From Utricularia gibba (taxonomy: Eukaryota; Plantae; Magnoliophyta), in assembly GCA_002189035.1 (NCBI GenBank), contig NEEC01000015.1, forward strand, positions 1,116,001 to 1,180,000: a DNA stretch of 64,000 nt, in the 5' to 3' direction. The position numbers and the translations under genes are program-made. The notes under the pieces are model-generated. The model was not told where the DNA came from. It worked only from the letters and a program-made list of their open reading frames with translations, and ran no database searches. Below are positions 23,886-37,950 of this stretch, one piece after another; position 1 is the stretch's first letter, and each line of letters begins with the position of its first letter.

Positions 23886-26800
23886 ATGTGGATTCTGATG
23901 GAGTTCTCATCCGGTGCAGTGGGTTTACAGGGGATGAAGAAAATGACGCTGTTTGCGCGGGTTTTCTCGATGGTAAGTGTGTCAGATGCGGCTATGTCTT
24001 TCTGAATCCACCCGAATTCGTATATCTCTGGAAACCATTGCCTGTGTGGTTCTTGTTCGTGATGGAGGATTATGGAAGTCTTGGTTGACGAGTGAGAAAA
24101 TGTCTTTTTTTTTTGCAGATGCTTTTTGTAGTGGGTTTGGTGGGAGCAGAGCCGGAATGGCATGATAGGAGGCTTTTACAGGAGAATAATTCTACTAATG
24201 AGTTCGTATTTCTGGCGATCTGCGCCTCATAATCTTGTTTGTCTTGAGTTTCCCGTGTTCAGTATCAACCTATTGTTGAAGATTGGTTTGTATTTTTCAG
24301 AGAAAGGCATGCTTCGGATTACTGTTCTATGTACAGAATTTGTGGAGCACGAGCTGATGGAAAAGTTCTGAATTGCCCTTTCGGATCGCCATCGGTGAAG
24401 GTTGGTGATCTGGTAGTTTTTAGGTTACAGCCTATTTGATCGAATTTTCGCGAACCTTGCTTGGCAGCCCAGTGATTTACTATCTGCGAAGATACAAAGT
24501 TTGTGCCCCTCAATTACTGGAAATGTGTGTTGTACAGAGGATCAGTTCGACACTTTACGATCGCAAGTCCAACAAGTACGAAGCTTCTTCATTTATAGCC
24601 AATATGGCCCGCGTGCAACTTCCATCTGGGTTTTGAAAATTCTTTTTTCTTTTTTTTTTTCGGGATTTATATTGGTGGGTTGATGCTTTTCAGGCAATTC
24701 CACTTCTCGTTGGTTGCCCTGCGTGTTTGAGAAATTTCCTGAATCTGTTCTGTGAGCTTACTTGCTCTCCTAACCAGAGCCAGTTTATCAATGTGTCTTC
24801 TATTTCCACTGTGAGTAGTCAAACTTTTTCAAATCTTTAAAATTTTTTTGAAATGCACCGTCATGGTGGTTGTTTTAAGTATGAGGTTTTGTGTTTCTTT
24901 TTTCCCCTGCTGCCTCTAAAGGTTGGTGGCAATTCAACTGCTGATGGAATCCAGTATTACATAACTGATGCTTTTGGCGAGGGATTGTTTGAATCCTGCA
25001 AAAATGTAAAATTTGGTACCCTGAATACTCGAGCCATAGATTTGCTTGGTGCCGGTGCTGAAAATTTTAGAGGTAATTTGTCTCAACGGTCTCTTGGGTT
25101 TGCGTACATGAGATTCTGCCTGTTGCATTTGTTGTCCTATTGTACTTGCTGTAAAAAGACGGGTTCTGAATGCAATGAAGCTTTTACTCTGGTTGATTAA
25201 CTAGATTCACCTTGGCTAATGTGACTGCATTGAATTTGAATGCCCTCTTTGTGTGTGGTTTTTTCTAGGACGGCTTTTGATAAATACTCACCTACTGCAG
25301 AATGGTTTGCTTTTCTTGGGAGAAAGGCAGGGCTTGGTGTTCCTGGATCTCCATATTCTATAAGTTTTTTGCCTGCTGCCCCTACATCATCAGGAATTCG
25401 ACCAATGAATTTGTCTGTGTACTCATGCGGTGATACTTCATTAGGCTGTTCATGTGGTGACTGCCCCTCATCGGTGGCCTGTTCAAATTCTGTTCTTCCT
25501 CGTACTCCTCCAAGGAGAAGTTCGTGTTCAGTAAAAATAGGTTCTATAAAGGTCAAATTGTCCCATTGCTTATAAAGCCTTCGAATCGTAAATTAGTGTC
25601 TCAAATTTGATTCATTTGTCCTTTATGAGTGCAGGCAACATGCATTGAATTTGCTTTGACAATCGTGTACATTATACTCATCTCTGCCTTTCTCGGATGG
25701 GGGTTGTTTCACAGAAGGAAAACGTCTCCCACATCTAATACTGAAGAGTTAACTGACGCTGGTGTTGTTGGCCACATAAACAGTGAAAAGGATAATAATG
25801 CTCCTTTGCAGGTCTGGATCAATATGAATTTCCTGATTTTGTTCATCTTGTACGGTTGTTTTAACCCTATAGGTCTATTTGTACTGAAACGCTGCTAGAC
25901 AGTTACAGAGCTTCGTTGTGTTTTTAGAAAGAAAATTCTTGTATGTCTTTTTATCTTTTCAACTGTGCGTTTCACTTCAACTATGCACAGTGCATTGCGT
26001 GTTAGGTGGTTCTTTTGGTCGGATTCATGCTTCTCCTTTCCAGCATACTTCCTGCACAATCCCTTATGCATTTCTTTTCTTTATTGTAGGTGGATGCGCA
26101 GGCTAGTCGATTGAATAACTCAATAAAACTCTCTGTTGTTCAAGGATACATGTCAAAGTTTTACCAGTGAGTGACAATACAAATAAAATTATCTTTCATG
26201 TTCTAGTTATGAACAAACTTCCTAGCCTTGTTGACATGGATTAAACATCTCTGTTTCAGGGGATATGGTACATGGGTAGCAAGACATCCAGTCATGCTGT
26301 TAGTATTGTCAGTTGGTGTAGTTCTGGTGCTCTGTATTGGGCTTATTCGGCTCCATGTGGAGACAAGGCCAGAGAAGGTAGAAGCATGCATTTTATTTTA
26401 CCTTAATCGTAGTGTTGAAGTCCTTATTTTTGTGGCAGTCAAGTATACTATAAAAACATGTTTGAAGTGACTGCAAGATTGGATGGGATCCTATGGTTGC
26501 CTATGTATTTTGGTAACAAAAACCTTGTGTATAAATTGAATACAAAAGACTAGAATGACATTCTTGCCACAAGGTCTATCTGTCAGTTGCGAACTTGTGC
26601 CTCTTGCGCATGTGGCACATCCTATTTACACTAAAGGAAGCTTATCGTACTTGTGCAGTTGTGGGTTGGCCCCAGGAGTAGAGCTGCCAGAGAGAAGGAA
26701 TTTTTTGACAACCACCTGGCTCCCTTTTATAGAATTGAACAGGTATTTCAAAAATAATTCTCTGGCAATTAGGGAATATATTTTCAAGGAACTGAAAAGT

Positions 26801-29800
26801 AGAAACTTCTCAGCTTATAATAGCTACTGTTCCTGAAACTCCTCATGGAAAAGCACCAAGTATAGTAACAGACAGCAATATCAATTTGTTATTCGACATC
26901 CAGAAAAAGGTAATCATAGTTTTTCTACACTGGCCTGTTTGACATAATGATTGATGGTTTCCTTCGGTTTACTGGCATCATTTCGTTTTTGATAGGTGGA
27001 TGCCATTAGGGCTAACTTCTCTGGTGATTTGGTTTCGCTTACTGACATATGCATGAAGCCCCTTGGTACAGATTGTGCCACTCAAAGTGTTCTTCAGGTA
27101 TCAGGACTCTCTAATGTTTTTATATTCATGTCACTGTCTAACTGAGCAGCCAGCTTAAAGTATTTTTTTGGGTTACTAACAGTACTTCAAGATGGATTCT
27201 AAAAATTATGATAGCTTTGGGGGAGTACGTCATGTAGAGTACTGTGTTCAGGTAACTTTCAACAGTCAATGTGAAACATAAAGTTGCATATGTTGTCTTT
27301 TGTATTTTCCTGCACTCTGATTTTGTCTACTAATTCGTTATCTCAATATATCTTTTAGCATTATACCTCTGCAGAGACATGTGCCAGTGCCTTCAAAGCC
27401 CCACTTGATCCAAGTACAGCTCTCGGTGGTTACTCTGGCAATAACTATTTGGAGGTAGTTTATGCCATCGATTGGTTTGAGTGTGTGAGTAGCATTCACT
27501 TTAAAAAACTATTCATTTCATCTAGGCTTCAGCATTCCTGGTGACATACCCTGTTAACAACAACGTTGACAAACAAGGGAATTTTACCAAGAGGGCCATC
27601 GCGTGGGAGAAAGAGTTCATTCAGCTAGCAAAGGTTCGTTTGTACTTCCCAAACTTTTTCATTTGTTGAGGGAATCCATCTAAACTCAGGATCTTATCAT
27701 CATTGCAGAAGGAGATTTTGCCAATGGTTCAGTCTAGGAACTTGACACTTGCATTTTCCTCAGAAAGCTCTATTGAGGAAGAGTTGAAACGGGAGAGCAC
27801 AGCAGATGTTATTACAATCTTGGTACGGAGTTGAATCTCTGTCTGTGACTCTTTTTCCCATTCTTCTGAATAAAGTTTCATTCATTCACTTTTGCTTCCC
27901 AGATTAGCTATCTTGTGATGTTTGCATACATTTCCTTGACTCTGGGAGATGCTTCTCATTTATCGTCAATCTACATCTCATCAAAGGTATGATCTCCTAG
28001 AAATTGTAAGCGCTCAAATCTAATGTTGCTTTCTAAATCTTGTAAATCTTGCAGAGTTTAGTTACTCTCAGTAGCTACTTTTGCATTTGCAGGTATTGCT
28101 GGGACTTTCAGGTGTTTTGCTTGTTATGCTTTCTGTACTTGGATCAGTTGGGTTTTTCAGCGCCATTGGTATAAAATCTACACTGATAATAATGGAAGTC
28201 ATCCCTTTCCTTGTTTTAGCCGTAAGTTCTATTTCCAAGGATTACTTCAGTAGGTTTTCCCATGCTCTTAGAACTTAAAGAAATGTGTTTTTCTTTGAAT
28301 AAATTAGCTGGCCCTGGAGTCTGCAAAATTAATTTTTCTAAAACCTTGTTTATTACTCGTATGCCTTTAAGATGGATACAGTTTTGATCACTACTCTTTT
28401 CTCATAATTAATTGACCAAGTCTAATTGAGGAAAATGAATTGTGTCTTGATGTTTTTAGGTTGGTGTGGATAATATGTGCATCTTGGTTCATGCTGTGAA
28501 GAGACAAAAGATAGACTTGGATATAGAGGAACGTGTTAGTAATGCCCTTGTTGAGGTTGGGCCATCTATTACATTAGCCAGTGTTTCTGAAGTCCTGGCA
28601 TTTGCTGTTGGAAGTTTTATTTCTATGCCAGCATGCCGTGTGTTTTCAATGTTTGCTGGTATGAACTTCATCATCTTCTCTTTTGTTTAGCCCAAGATTA
28701 AAAGAACTTCATTACTGTATTTGCAGCACTGGCTGTTCTTTTGGATTTTCTTCTTCAAGTTACTGCATTTGTTGCCTTAATTGTTCTGGACTTCCGGAGA
28801 GCTGAGAATAACAGGATAGATTGCTTGCCTTGTATTAGAGTGTCGACGCAGAATACTGATACAGACAAAGGTATTTTTGTTTGTTTTTTTTTTAAACTTC
28901 ATCCTGTTTCTCTTCGCGTGCATTAAACAAGAGATTCATGTGAAATTGCAGATAATCATCAGAGGAAACATAGTCTGCTCGTCAGATACATGAAGGTAGG
29001 AGACATTAGATTCTCACCATTGTTGTTATTCAATAACATTACAACAGGTACTTGAGTTCTTTGAAAGCTCATATGAGTGCTTGCCTTTGCTAACTAGGAA
29101 ATTCATGCTCCAGTCTTGAATAATTGGGGTGTAAAGCTGCTTGTCGTCTGTCTCTTTGTTGGATTCACTTTTGCATGCATAGTAAGTAATTCCTTTTTGG
29201 TGTTGCATTCCATCCTTTTTGCCTTTTTCTGATCCCCCAAAAATAATCCTCTTTGACCATTGTAAGGCATTATTCCCGAGAATTGAACCCGGTTTGGAGC
29301 AACAAATCGTTGTTCCTCGAGATTCATACCTTCAGGTGTTAGCATCTTTGATGATTTTATTCATGCTCTTCAGTATAGTGCCGTTCCTTTGAAAAATTGA
29401 TAGTTTTGTAATGCTTCTGATTGTTGCAGGGCTACTTCGGCAACATTTCAGAATACCTCAGAATTGGTCCACCGGTCTACTTTGTAGTGAAAAACTACAA
29501 TTACAGGTACTTTCACTGATCACATCAATACTGATTTAGAATTCCTCCCTGAAGGCAATACGAGTCTGGGGGACACAGTGTTCTTCATTGTGTTATTCAG
29601 TGCTTCATCCATGAATTGAGTTTCCGTTCTTTCATTTTTTTTATATTTTTCCCTACCCAGTTCAGAGTCAAGACAAACGAACTTGCTATGCTCCATCAGT
29701 CATTGTGACTCTAATTCTCTTGTGAATGAGGTAAAGTTATTTCATTTTTGTTCAGGGTTTATAGTAATGGAAATTGCATTTTTTTCTTGGATGATGGCGT

Positions 29801-31994
29801 TTGTATATCACATATCAAGTTGTGAGATTGTTCATACTTCACATGCCTGAGTTATATAACCTTTTTAAATTTCTAGATATCAAGAGCATCATTAGTTGCA
29901 GACTCAAGTTACATAGCTAAACCAGCAGCTTCATGGATCGACGATTTCCTTGTTTGGTTATCTCCTGAAGCCTTCGGCTGTTGTAGAAAGTTCACAAATG
30001 GGAGTTACTGTCCTCCTGATGATCAGGTTTTGGCATGAGTTTGAATACTTCAGTCATCTTTTTTCAATATTCCTTCTCTTTACCCATAAATGTGAATTGG
30101 GTTAGGTTGTGGTAGCGTAAATCTAACATCATCTTTTTACAGCCACCCTGTTGTTCATCTGGTAGTGCTACATGTGGACTCAGCCCTGTGTGCAAGGACT
30201 GCACTACTGTAACCTAACCATCTTAAACCTTTCATTTTTCGGTTGTGGTCTTCATTTGGATTATCGACTAAATTCAGGATTCTTTTTCCTAGTGCTTTCG
30301 CCATTCAGATCTTCAAAATGATCGGCCTTCCACAGCACAGTTCCGGGACATGCTCCCCTGGTTTCTCAACGCATTACCTTCTGCTGATTGTGCAAAAGCA
30401 GGAAATGGAGCATATACAGGCAATGTTCAGCTCAGAGGTAGTGTCTGGCTCCTTGACTCTGTTGTTTTTTTTACTTTCATTCTTTCTTGTTGAAGTTTGC
30501 AAAAGCATCTACCACTTCACCAGGCTATGAGGATGGAATCATCCAAGCATCAGCATTTCGGACATACCATACACCCCTTAATAAGCAGGTGCATTGTCAT
30601 TTCCATTTGCACCATCTGCTTTTTTGGTAAGTTTTGTAGATATTATCATCGGCAGGCTGATTACGTCAATGCGATGAGGGCTGCACGGCAGTTTAGCTCA
30701 AAGATGTCGGAATCTCTGGGGGTATGTCTTGCCATTGACCTTTCGTCCCCTCCTTTGTAATGCTATTTGCCTTCCATAACTCCTTTCTGGCGCAGATGGA
30801 GGTCTTCCCGTATTCTGTGTTCTACATATTCTTCGAGCAGTACCTTGATATTTGGAAGGTAGCTCTGATCAACCTCGCCATAGCTATTGGTTAGCAAACT
30901 TTCTTCACCTTTCTGTTGGCTTCATCATTTGTTTTTCTGGGAATGAAACACTGATGCATTGTCTTCCTAGTCTGAAATAGATTTTGTCTTGCAGGTGCAG
31001 TTTTCATTGTCTGCTTACTCATCGCATCCAGGCAAGTAGTTCACTAACTTAAAAACTGATTATCTCTCATTCCCAGGAGATTTCAAACTCCAGTTCTCTG
31101 TCTGATATAGTTTGTGGACCTCGGCGATAATTCTTCTTGTTATGGTGATGATAATCGTGGATCTTTTGGTACATTCATGTTACCCTCACGAGACCGCCTT
31201 TTTTTCCAAGAGCAGAACTGAACTCTTGGTGGCGTTTTCAGCAGCCACATTCTCTAACAGAATGAGATTTTCAGGGACTCATGGCCATCCTGCATATCCA
31301 GCTTAACGCCATCTCCGTTGTGAACCTCGTCATGTCTGTGGGCATTGCTGTAGAGTTCAGTGTGCATCTAACGCATGCTTTCCTGGTTAGATTCTACTCC
31401 TCCACTGAGGCACTGCAGCATGGACACTTCCTGGTTAGATTTCCCACCAGGATGAAGTGAAACTGGGGTTTGCTGTTTCAGGTGAGCAGTGGAGATCGGA
31501 GTGAACGAATGAAGGAAGCTCTGACCACCATGGGAGCCTCTGTCTTCAGGTCCTCCTACTCACGAACTTGTGTCTTTGATCCTCTGACATGCTGAAACCT
31601 GTGATCCTTCCTGTTGCTTCTTCAGTGGGATCACGCTGACGAAACTCGTCGGAGTGATCGTGCTCGGATTCGCAAGGACGCAAGTATTTGTGGTACGTGA
31701 ACTCGACGCCGGAACTCCTCATTCTGATCTTCGTCCTAACCAGGAATTTGCAGGTTTACTACTTCAAAATGTACCTCTCTCTCGTGCTCCTCGGTTTCCT
31801 CCATGGACTCGTCTTCTTACCTGTGAGTGTTGGTTTCATCATTCATGCGAATGCCGGAACAATCAGTGAGTAAGACCCTTTTCCGATGGTGGTCGGCGTT
31901 GCAGGTCATACTCAGCCTTTTCGGGCCGCCGTCGCGGTGCGCTGCTGTGAAAAATCAAGAGGATCTTCCGTCCACGTCGTCGTCGTCGTCCTGA
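23886..31994 (+). CDS. NPC1: Niemann-Pick C1-like sterol transporter (RND/patched family), many small exons
   Basis: Signal-peptide-like start (ATG 23886, or in-frame 23898). N-terminal Cys-rich domain (YCSMYRICG...VLNCPF; MCPSITGNVCCTEDQF), sterol-sensing domain (LGLSGVLLVMLSVLGSVG...GVDNMCILVHAVKR...VEVGPSIT), and C-terminal SVGIAVEFSVH / SGITLTKLVG / YFKMYL motifs. Ends GPPSRC...SSSS*. Confidence 0.95.
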
Positions 31995-32378
31995 ATGAGT
32001 TGGACTTCAAATAGGTTTAGTGAATGCGGGTGTCAAATATTTAATATTATATATGCTACAATTTATGACATTTTATTTACCTGATTTTACGTCTTTTAAT
32101 TCCGTAATTAATACTAATATATGGATAAAAATGAATGAATAATTATTGCATTTTTTGAAGATTGGGCTTGAAATAAACCGGGGGGTTGCGGTATATGTGA
32201 AAAGACGAATGTACCCTTTTTCATTTGTTGACGGACTCGTTTTCCGACGGCGACCGAGAGTCCGACACTGATGCTAGCGTCTGGCTATTCGTGAAGCTGA
32301 AGGCTAACCGAAGGGGAATTTTGATGATCGAGTGCAGGAGCGTTTGCCGGCGGGGGATTAGGTATTCGCTGGAGAGAA

Positions 32379-34004
32379 ATGACGGTGGCGGCCGGTGTCG
32401 GTTACGCTTTGCTGGCGCTCGGCCCTTCTCTTTCGCTTTTCGTCGCTGTTATCTGTCGGAAGCCTTTTCTTGTTCTCACCCTCCTCTCCAGGTTCGTCAC
32501 CCCTTTTGAAGGAGAATCAGGGGAATTTGTATCGTCAAGAATTTGAAGTTGTGTTGTCTTGATTGTTGTAGCACATTGGTATGGCTGATGAGTCTAATCG
32601 CGTTATCAGCTCTGTGGAGACCGTTTATCCCCTTCAAAACTACGGCGTCTTGGCCGTATGCGATCGTGATTCTCTCAGCCGTCGCCTGTCAGGAAGCACT
32701 TCGGATTTTATGGTGGAGACTCTATAAGTAGGTTTTGCCCGTCCCCCATTTTTTCAGCTGAAATCCTTTCTTGATATGTGGTAGAGGCCTATACTTTCTC
32801 AGGGTTTGATGTTTGTCCATTTTTTTTTTTGGTGAATAATACTAGGAGAATGGAGGAAGTACTGGATGCTTTTGCTGATAGAGTTTCAAAGCCTCGCCTG
32901 TTTGTTACTGACAAAATGCAAATTGCCCTTGGTAAGTGACGTGGTTTATGTTTTCACTGGAGCCATGATCATGCTTCTCGTATCTGTGTTCGTTTTTTGA
33001 AATACAAAGGGGTATATTCATCTTCCCTTGTCATATGCAGCTGGGGGAATGGGTCATGGTGTGGCTCATGCTGTCTTTTTCTGCATAAGCCTTCTAACTC
33101 CTGCTTTTGGACCAGCAACATACTATACTGAAAAATGCTCAAGAATCCCCTTTTTTCTTGTATCTGGTATGCAAATCCTTTATGCTATGGAAGGTGGTAA
33201 TTTAGTCCAGTATCTGGTTCCACAGATTTATTTGCAGTGTATACATTGATTTTTGGTAGCTCACTTTGTCTTTACAGTAGACTGATACACAGTCTTTTTT
33301 TTGTAAATATAAGCGCCAAATGAAATTTTGATTGATGGCTTACTGAGTTCTTGATGAAACTTAGGAATTAGAATGAGAGGATTATGTTTGAAAATACTTG
33401 CGCTTAATGGGGTTACAACTAGAAAATGGAACATTGCTTTTGTTATCTCAGGATATGGTTTTTACGGTTTAAAATCATGTTGCTTTGTAGACCTTCGAGT
33501 TACTGAGTATTTATCGTCACAAAAGACACCTTTTCGTGCCTCATGTGATGCAGAATCAGATATCTTAAGTATTCATGATGTATTATTATTTTTTTCACAT
33601 CATTCGAGGTGAAATCCCCTCTCTGCAGCTCTGATAGCGCTTGCCTTCGTGACGATCCACACTTTCTCAATGGTCATTGCATTCAGCGGTCATGCAGATG
33701 GCAATCGAACTGATCAGTATTTTGCTCCTGTCGTCCATCTCACCTCGGGAATGCTTGTAAGCATTAATTCTTTCTCATTTGAAGCATATGCTGTAGAAGC
33801 CATTTTTTCTTTGTTGGTGGCCATCCATATAAGCAACTCCTTGCTTATTCTCAGACGCTGATAAATCTAGCCTCCGGTGGCTGCGTTATTGGCATTCCTC
33901 TTCTATTCTTCGTCGCTGCTGTAACTCTTGCTTACTGCGGCAATGTGGTCTGGAGAAGACTCACTGCGAGTGCAAACAGGGCCAGGCAAGAAATTGTGCG
34001 GTGA
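32379..34004 (+). CDS. APH1: Gamma-secretase subunit APH1-like
   Basis: [79 protein letters not shown]; spliced GT-AG exons ending RARQEIVR*. Confidence 0.93.
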
Positions 34005-34193
34005 TGCATCATTTGGGTACACCGGAGTTGTTTTATTCCTTATTTTTGCACTGGGATCTTCCAATCTCAACTCCTGGCAATTTTCACTGAATGAATCTCT
34101 TTGAATTTCGTTATCTACCCAGAGAATTGCTACAGTGGTAACTGATAAGGTGGCGCTTAGCCTGTAACCCTTGAGAAATAGTGACAGAAATAA

Positions 34194-35015
34194 ATGGCCT
34201 CTGTCTGCGGCTTCAACTCCGGACGCGTGGCGGGAGCCGTATTCTTCTCCGAGTTTCACAGAAACTTCCGATTGATGTGTCTCCTTTGCTGACTTCCTCG
34301 CGTTCCTCGCTCCAGCGACAGTCGCCAACTTAGGGCCTGGGTTCGACATTCTCGGCTGCGATATAGACGGCGTCGTGGTGACTGTCGATCTCCGTGTGGG
34401 ACCGAGTTCGCCCGGACAAATCTCGATTTCCCACCTCTCCAGCGCTGGCACCCGTCGCAGCAAGAATCTCCTTTGGAACTGCATCGTAGTTGCCGCCATT
34501 ACCCAATGCTCGAAGTCGGTTAGGTCAGTGGGAGGGGCTCTCTTTGTCCTTCGAAAAGAATCTCCCTCTCGGGAGTATCATCGGCTCCATCGCCGCCAGC
34601 GCTGCGGTGACCAAGCGCTTCTTCGAGTCCGGGAGGATTTGCTTTGATTCTTATAAGCCTCTGGAACAAATAATGCCCTTGAAATTCCCACATGAGAAAG
34701 AGATGTTACTTTTTGGTGAATTCTGAATTTGATGCTTCAACTAGAGGAGCCTTGCCACCGGAGATCGACGCCATGTCTCAACATGCTTGGAACTGCAGCC
34801 AGGCTGGGGCTTTAGTTGCCTCTGTTTTGCGAGGTGACATTGAAGGATTTGGTAAAGCTTTGCCTTCTGATAAGATAGTGGAGCCAAAGAGAGCTCTCTT
34901 TCAAGAAAGCTGCACGATTAGTGGACGTGAGCCGACTACTGTGGCAGTGACGGATAATAAGGACAAGGGCTGGCAAATTGGAGAGCACATGATTGAGGCT
35001 TCCATGGTTAAATGA
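34194..35015 (+). pseudogene. HSK: Homoserine kinase (GHMP kinase) pseudogene
   Basis: Three frames: APATVANLGPGFD (from 34309); KNLPLGSIIGSIAASAA (degenerate PLGSGLGSSAA ATP motif); and WNCSQAGALVASVLRGD...DKIVEPKRA...CTISG...TTVAV. In-frame stops, frameshifts and missing internal segments relative to plant HSK as I recall it. Confidence 0.88.
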
Positions 35016-35123
35016 ATCAATTTGCAGCATCTCTTGCGAATGGAGTTGAATTTCCATAGAGATATTGGCATACTTCATTGCAAGAAACAAGCACTGAAAC
35101 TCTATAACAAAAGATGCACAGTT

Positions 35124-35977
35124 TCATATTTTCCTGTTTCTTCTAACTCCTACTCTTCTTTCCTTCACTGCAGTAGATTTCTCAGCAGTCATCATAACAG
35201 GCAACGGGGGCTTCATGTTCTCTTTTCTAGTAGAGCTTCTCAGTGAGTACCTTGGTGTTGCTTTCACAGCCACTTCCCTTGGCTGTGGCACAGGACTCAT
35301 TACAGCAGCCGCTTCCACCAGGGCATCTGCATTTCTGCTGGGCTTGATGCTCTCTCTTTTCTTTGCTGACTCAACTCTCACACCAAGATCATAACCAGGC
35401 TTCTTCTCCTTGACCCCTATGGCTTCGGTCTTCTTTCTCTTGAGCCTCTCGTTTCTTCGGGCTGCGTACTCATCATACAGCCTACCCCTTTCAAACAAAG
35501 GACCACCACTGCCTTCATACGCCCTACTCTCTCTGCTCCCTAGTTCTTGGTGCACCATTTTTGTTAGAGCAAGTATTTCACTTGAAATCGCCTGATACTC
35601 AGGTCGCAGATCAGGCACTTCCACATCCAAGAAACGATCAGGCATCTGGGGTTTCATCATCGAGCCTGGTGTTTCATTTTCCACGGCGATGAATTCAAGT
35701 CGACAAGAACACGGAATCAATTAAGCCAATTCGTAACATCACACAGGGAAAGCACACAGAATCGTTGGGTCTAGCCCTAATTAACCAATTCGCATCCGAT
35801 TTTGAACCGCAAACCACCCGCGAACCCACAGAAGAAAGACCAACGGATATCGGGAATACCTGGGGATGAACGGATTACGTTGGGCGAGACAGGCTGAAGC
35901 GGCTTCCTTGACTGGAGACGTCCCGGAGATCTTGCGAGAGGAGGCTTTGCGCTCGATCTCAACGCCATCTTCGACAT
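35124..35977 (-). CDS. Uncharacterised conserved plant protein (FERGRLYDEYAARRNERLKRK motif), 2 exons
   Basis: Exon 1 35977-35860 (MSKMALRSSAKPPLARSP...) splices in frame to exon 2 35666-35124 (GSMMKPQ...LRPEYQAIS...FERGRLYDEY...PRYSLRSS...KENMKPP). Confidence 0.8.
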
Positions 35978-37950
35978 GGGTATATCACTCTGCAGCAGAA
36001 CGATGGCCGAGAAAAGAGAATATATTTGAACAAAGCGACGCGTGCGTTTGAACTGATGCAGCGTCTCAGATCTTAACGGTCATTTTCTTAATCCTACGGC
36101 CAGGATTTTTCTTGATTTTGAAACACGCCATTTATGACGATTGGATTTTTACATTTTTATTATCATTTAATCATTGCCTTGTGAAACAAATCGCTAATAA
36201 ATTAAAGCATCCCATAAAAGCTTAATATATACTTAATTATCCATATTATTTTTTATTCTATTTCTTGAATAAAGTATCTTAATTTTTTTTAAATAATAAT
36301 AACAAGTAATTAAAAAATGAATATCCATATTTTAGTGGCATCGAATTTACATTTTTGAATTGAACAATGCATCTATCTATGTTTGATAGATGCATATACA
36401 CACAAATGGGAATGATAATATAAAGCCTAAATTATCAATACTGAATTAAAATTATTATTTGAACTTCTGTTGACTATTTTATCCCAAACTCTGTAGCCCA
36501 TGCTGTATTAAAACCTTGTATGCCTGATTTATTTTTTTTATTTTTCCAAGAAACATAATGTTATTTCAAAATCATATCATCTATGAAGACCCCTTATGAT
36601 TTATTAGTAATACATGATTATTAAATTTGATTCCATTAAATGGGCAGCCAAAGTAGATTGTCAAACATAATTATTGTGTCTGATAGTTAGGATAGCTAAA
36701 ATATAATTATTCAAATTAAATTTAACTAAATTCAAATATTATCTTTAAATAAAACCAAGCTAAACTTTTTTTATGAAAATGATTATAAAATTGGTTAAAA
36801 TCAATTTTTATTTCAGAAAATTACACAAAAAACACTACAAAACATACTTAAAAGAAAAAGATGTACCATAAGCATGCCAAGGGACCATGTTCATGATATA
36901 GATGTGAGAGATCCCCACTCTAATGATAGGATAGGATGGGCATGGGATAGATAGTTCATAGGAGGAGGTCATTTATAAACTGATTATTTTTAATTTTATT
37001 TTTTACATATTGAATTAAAAAATAATATTAAAAATAATCAATTTATATATATAAATGATTACTTTTATAATTTATATTTGAGTTGAGTTTTTTTTTTTGT
37101 TTTTTGTTCATAGTGAGTCACATGGGTTTGTTTCAACCTAATACATGTAAATTAATACGTTAAACATCATTAACTTGTAATTAGTTTAAATAATACTAAT
37201 AAATGTTACTAAATAATGTAAAAAAAAGTCAGACACAAAAATGGACCTAGTTATTTAAGGGTAATTAAACCTAATAAGATTAGGGATTAAGATAAAAAGG
37301 GAATTGAATGTTTGTGATAACAAGTTAAGGCTGTATGAAGAGCAATGCCAGGGAGGTAAAGGTCACGCCCAGCGGACTCTGGTGTTGTGGGGATCTGGGG
37401 AAGTGGTAAAGTTCACGCCTTTCGTCCCCTTCTTTGTGCTGTTACGAAAACATTCAAGAAGGGTAAGTGATCAGTTACGCTCCCCAACTTTCTTTTCTTT
37501 TCGGGATTGAAAGGTGGATGCTTTGCTGATTTTTCACTTGGGTTTGTCGATTCCTGCTACTGCGATCCCCTCGATGGAGATATTGCAATGTGGGTTTGCT
37601 AGAATTAATGCGATCTAGTGATGGGATTTTCTCCAGGGGTTTTGGAGTTTTTGGATCTGAATTTTTTTGTAGTCAGTGCAATGGAGCATAGAATTTGTGT
37701 CGAATTTTAACTTATTTTTGGAATGAAAGGTGTAGGTATCCATCCAATTAGTTTTCTGTCACTATTGAGTTAGCTTTTAAGTGGGTATCATCAGGTTTAA
37801 TGAACGACCTTAAATTCTGATCATGATGATGACTCTGCAGGAAATTTGGGGAAAATTTGAGGCATTAAATGTAGTGAGATGTTGTGACCTTAAGCTGATG
37901 CCAAAGTGAATTCTGTCGCTGGGACGGTCTTAACAAGCAAAAGGATCAAA

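Noticed and set aside
33903-34499. 198-aa minus-strand ORF
   Set aside because: Antisense to the APH1 last exon and the HSK pseudogene; best explained as a shadow ORF.
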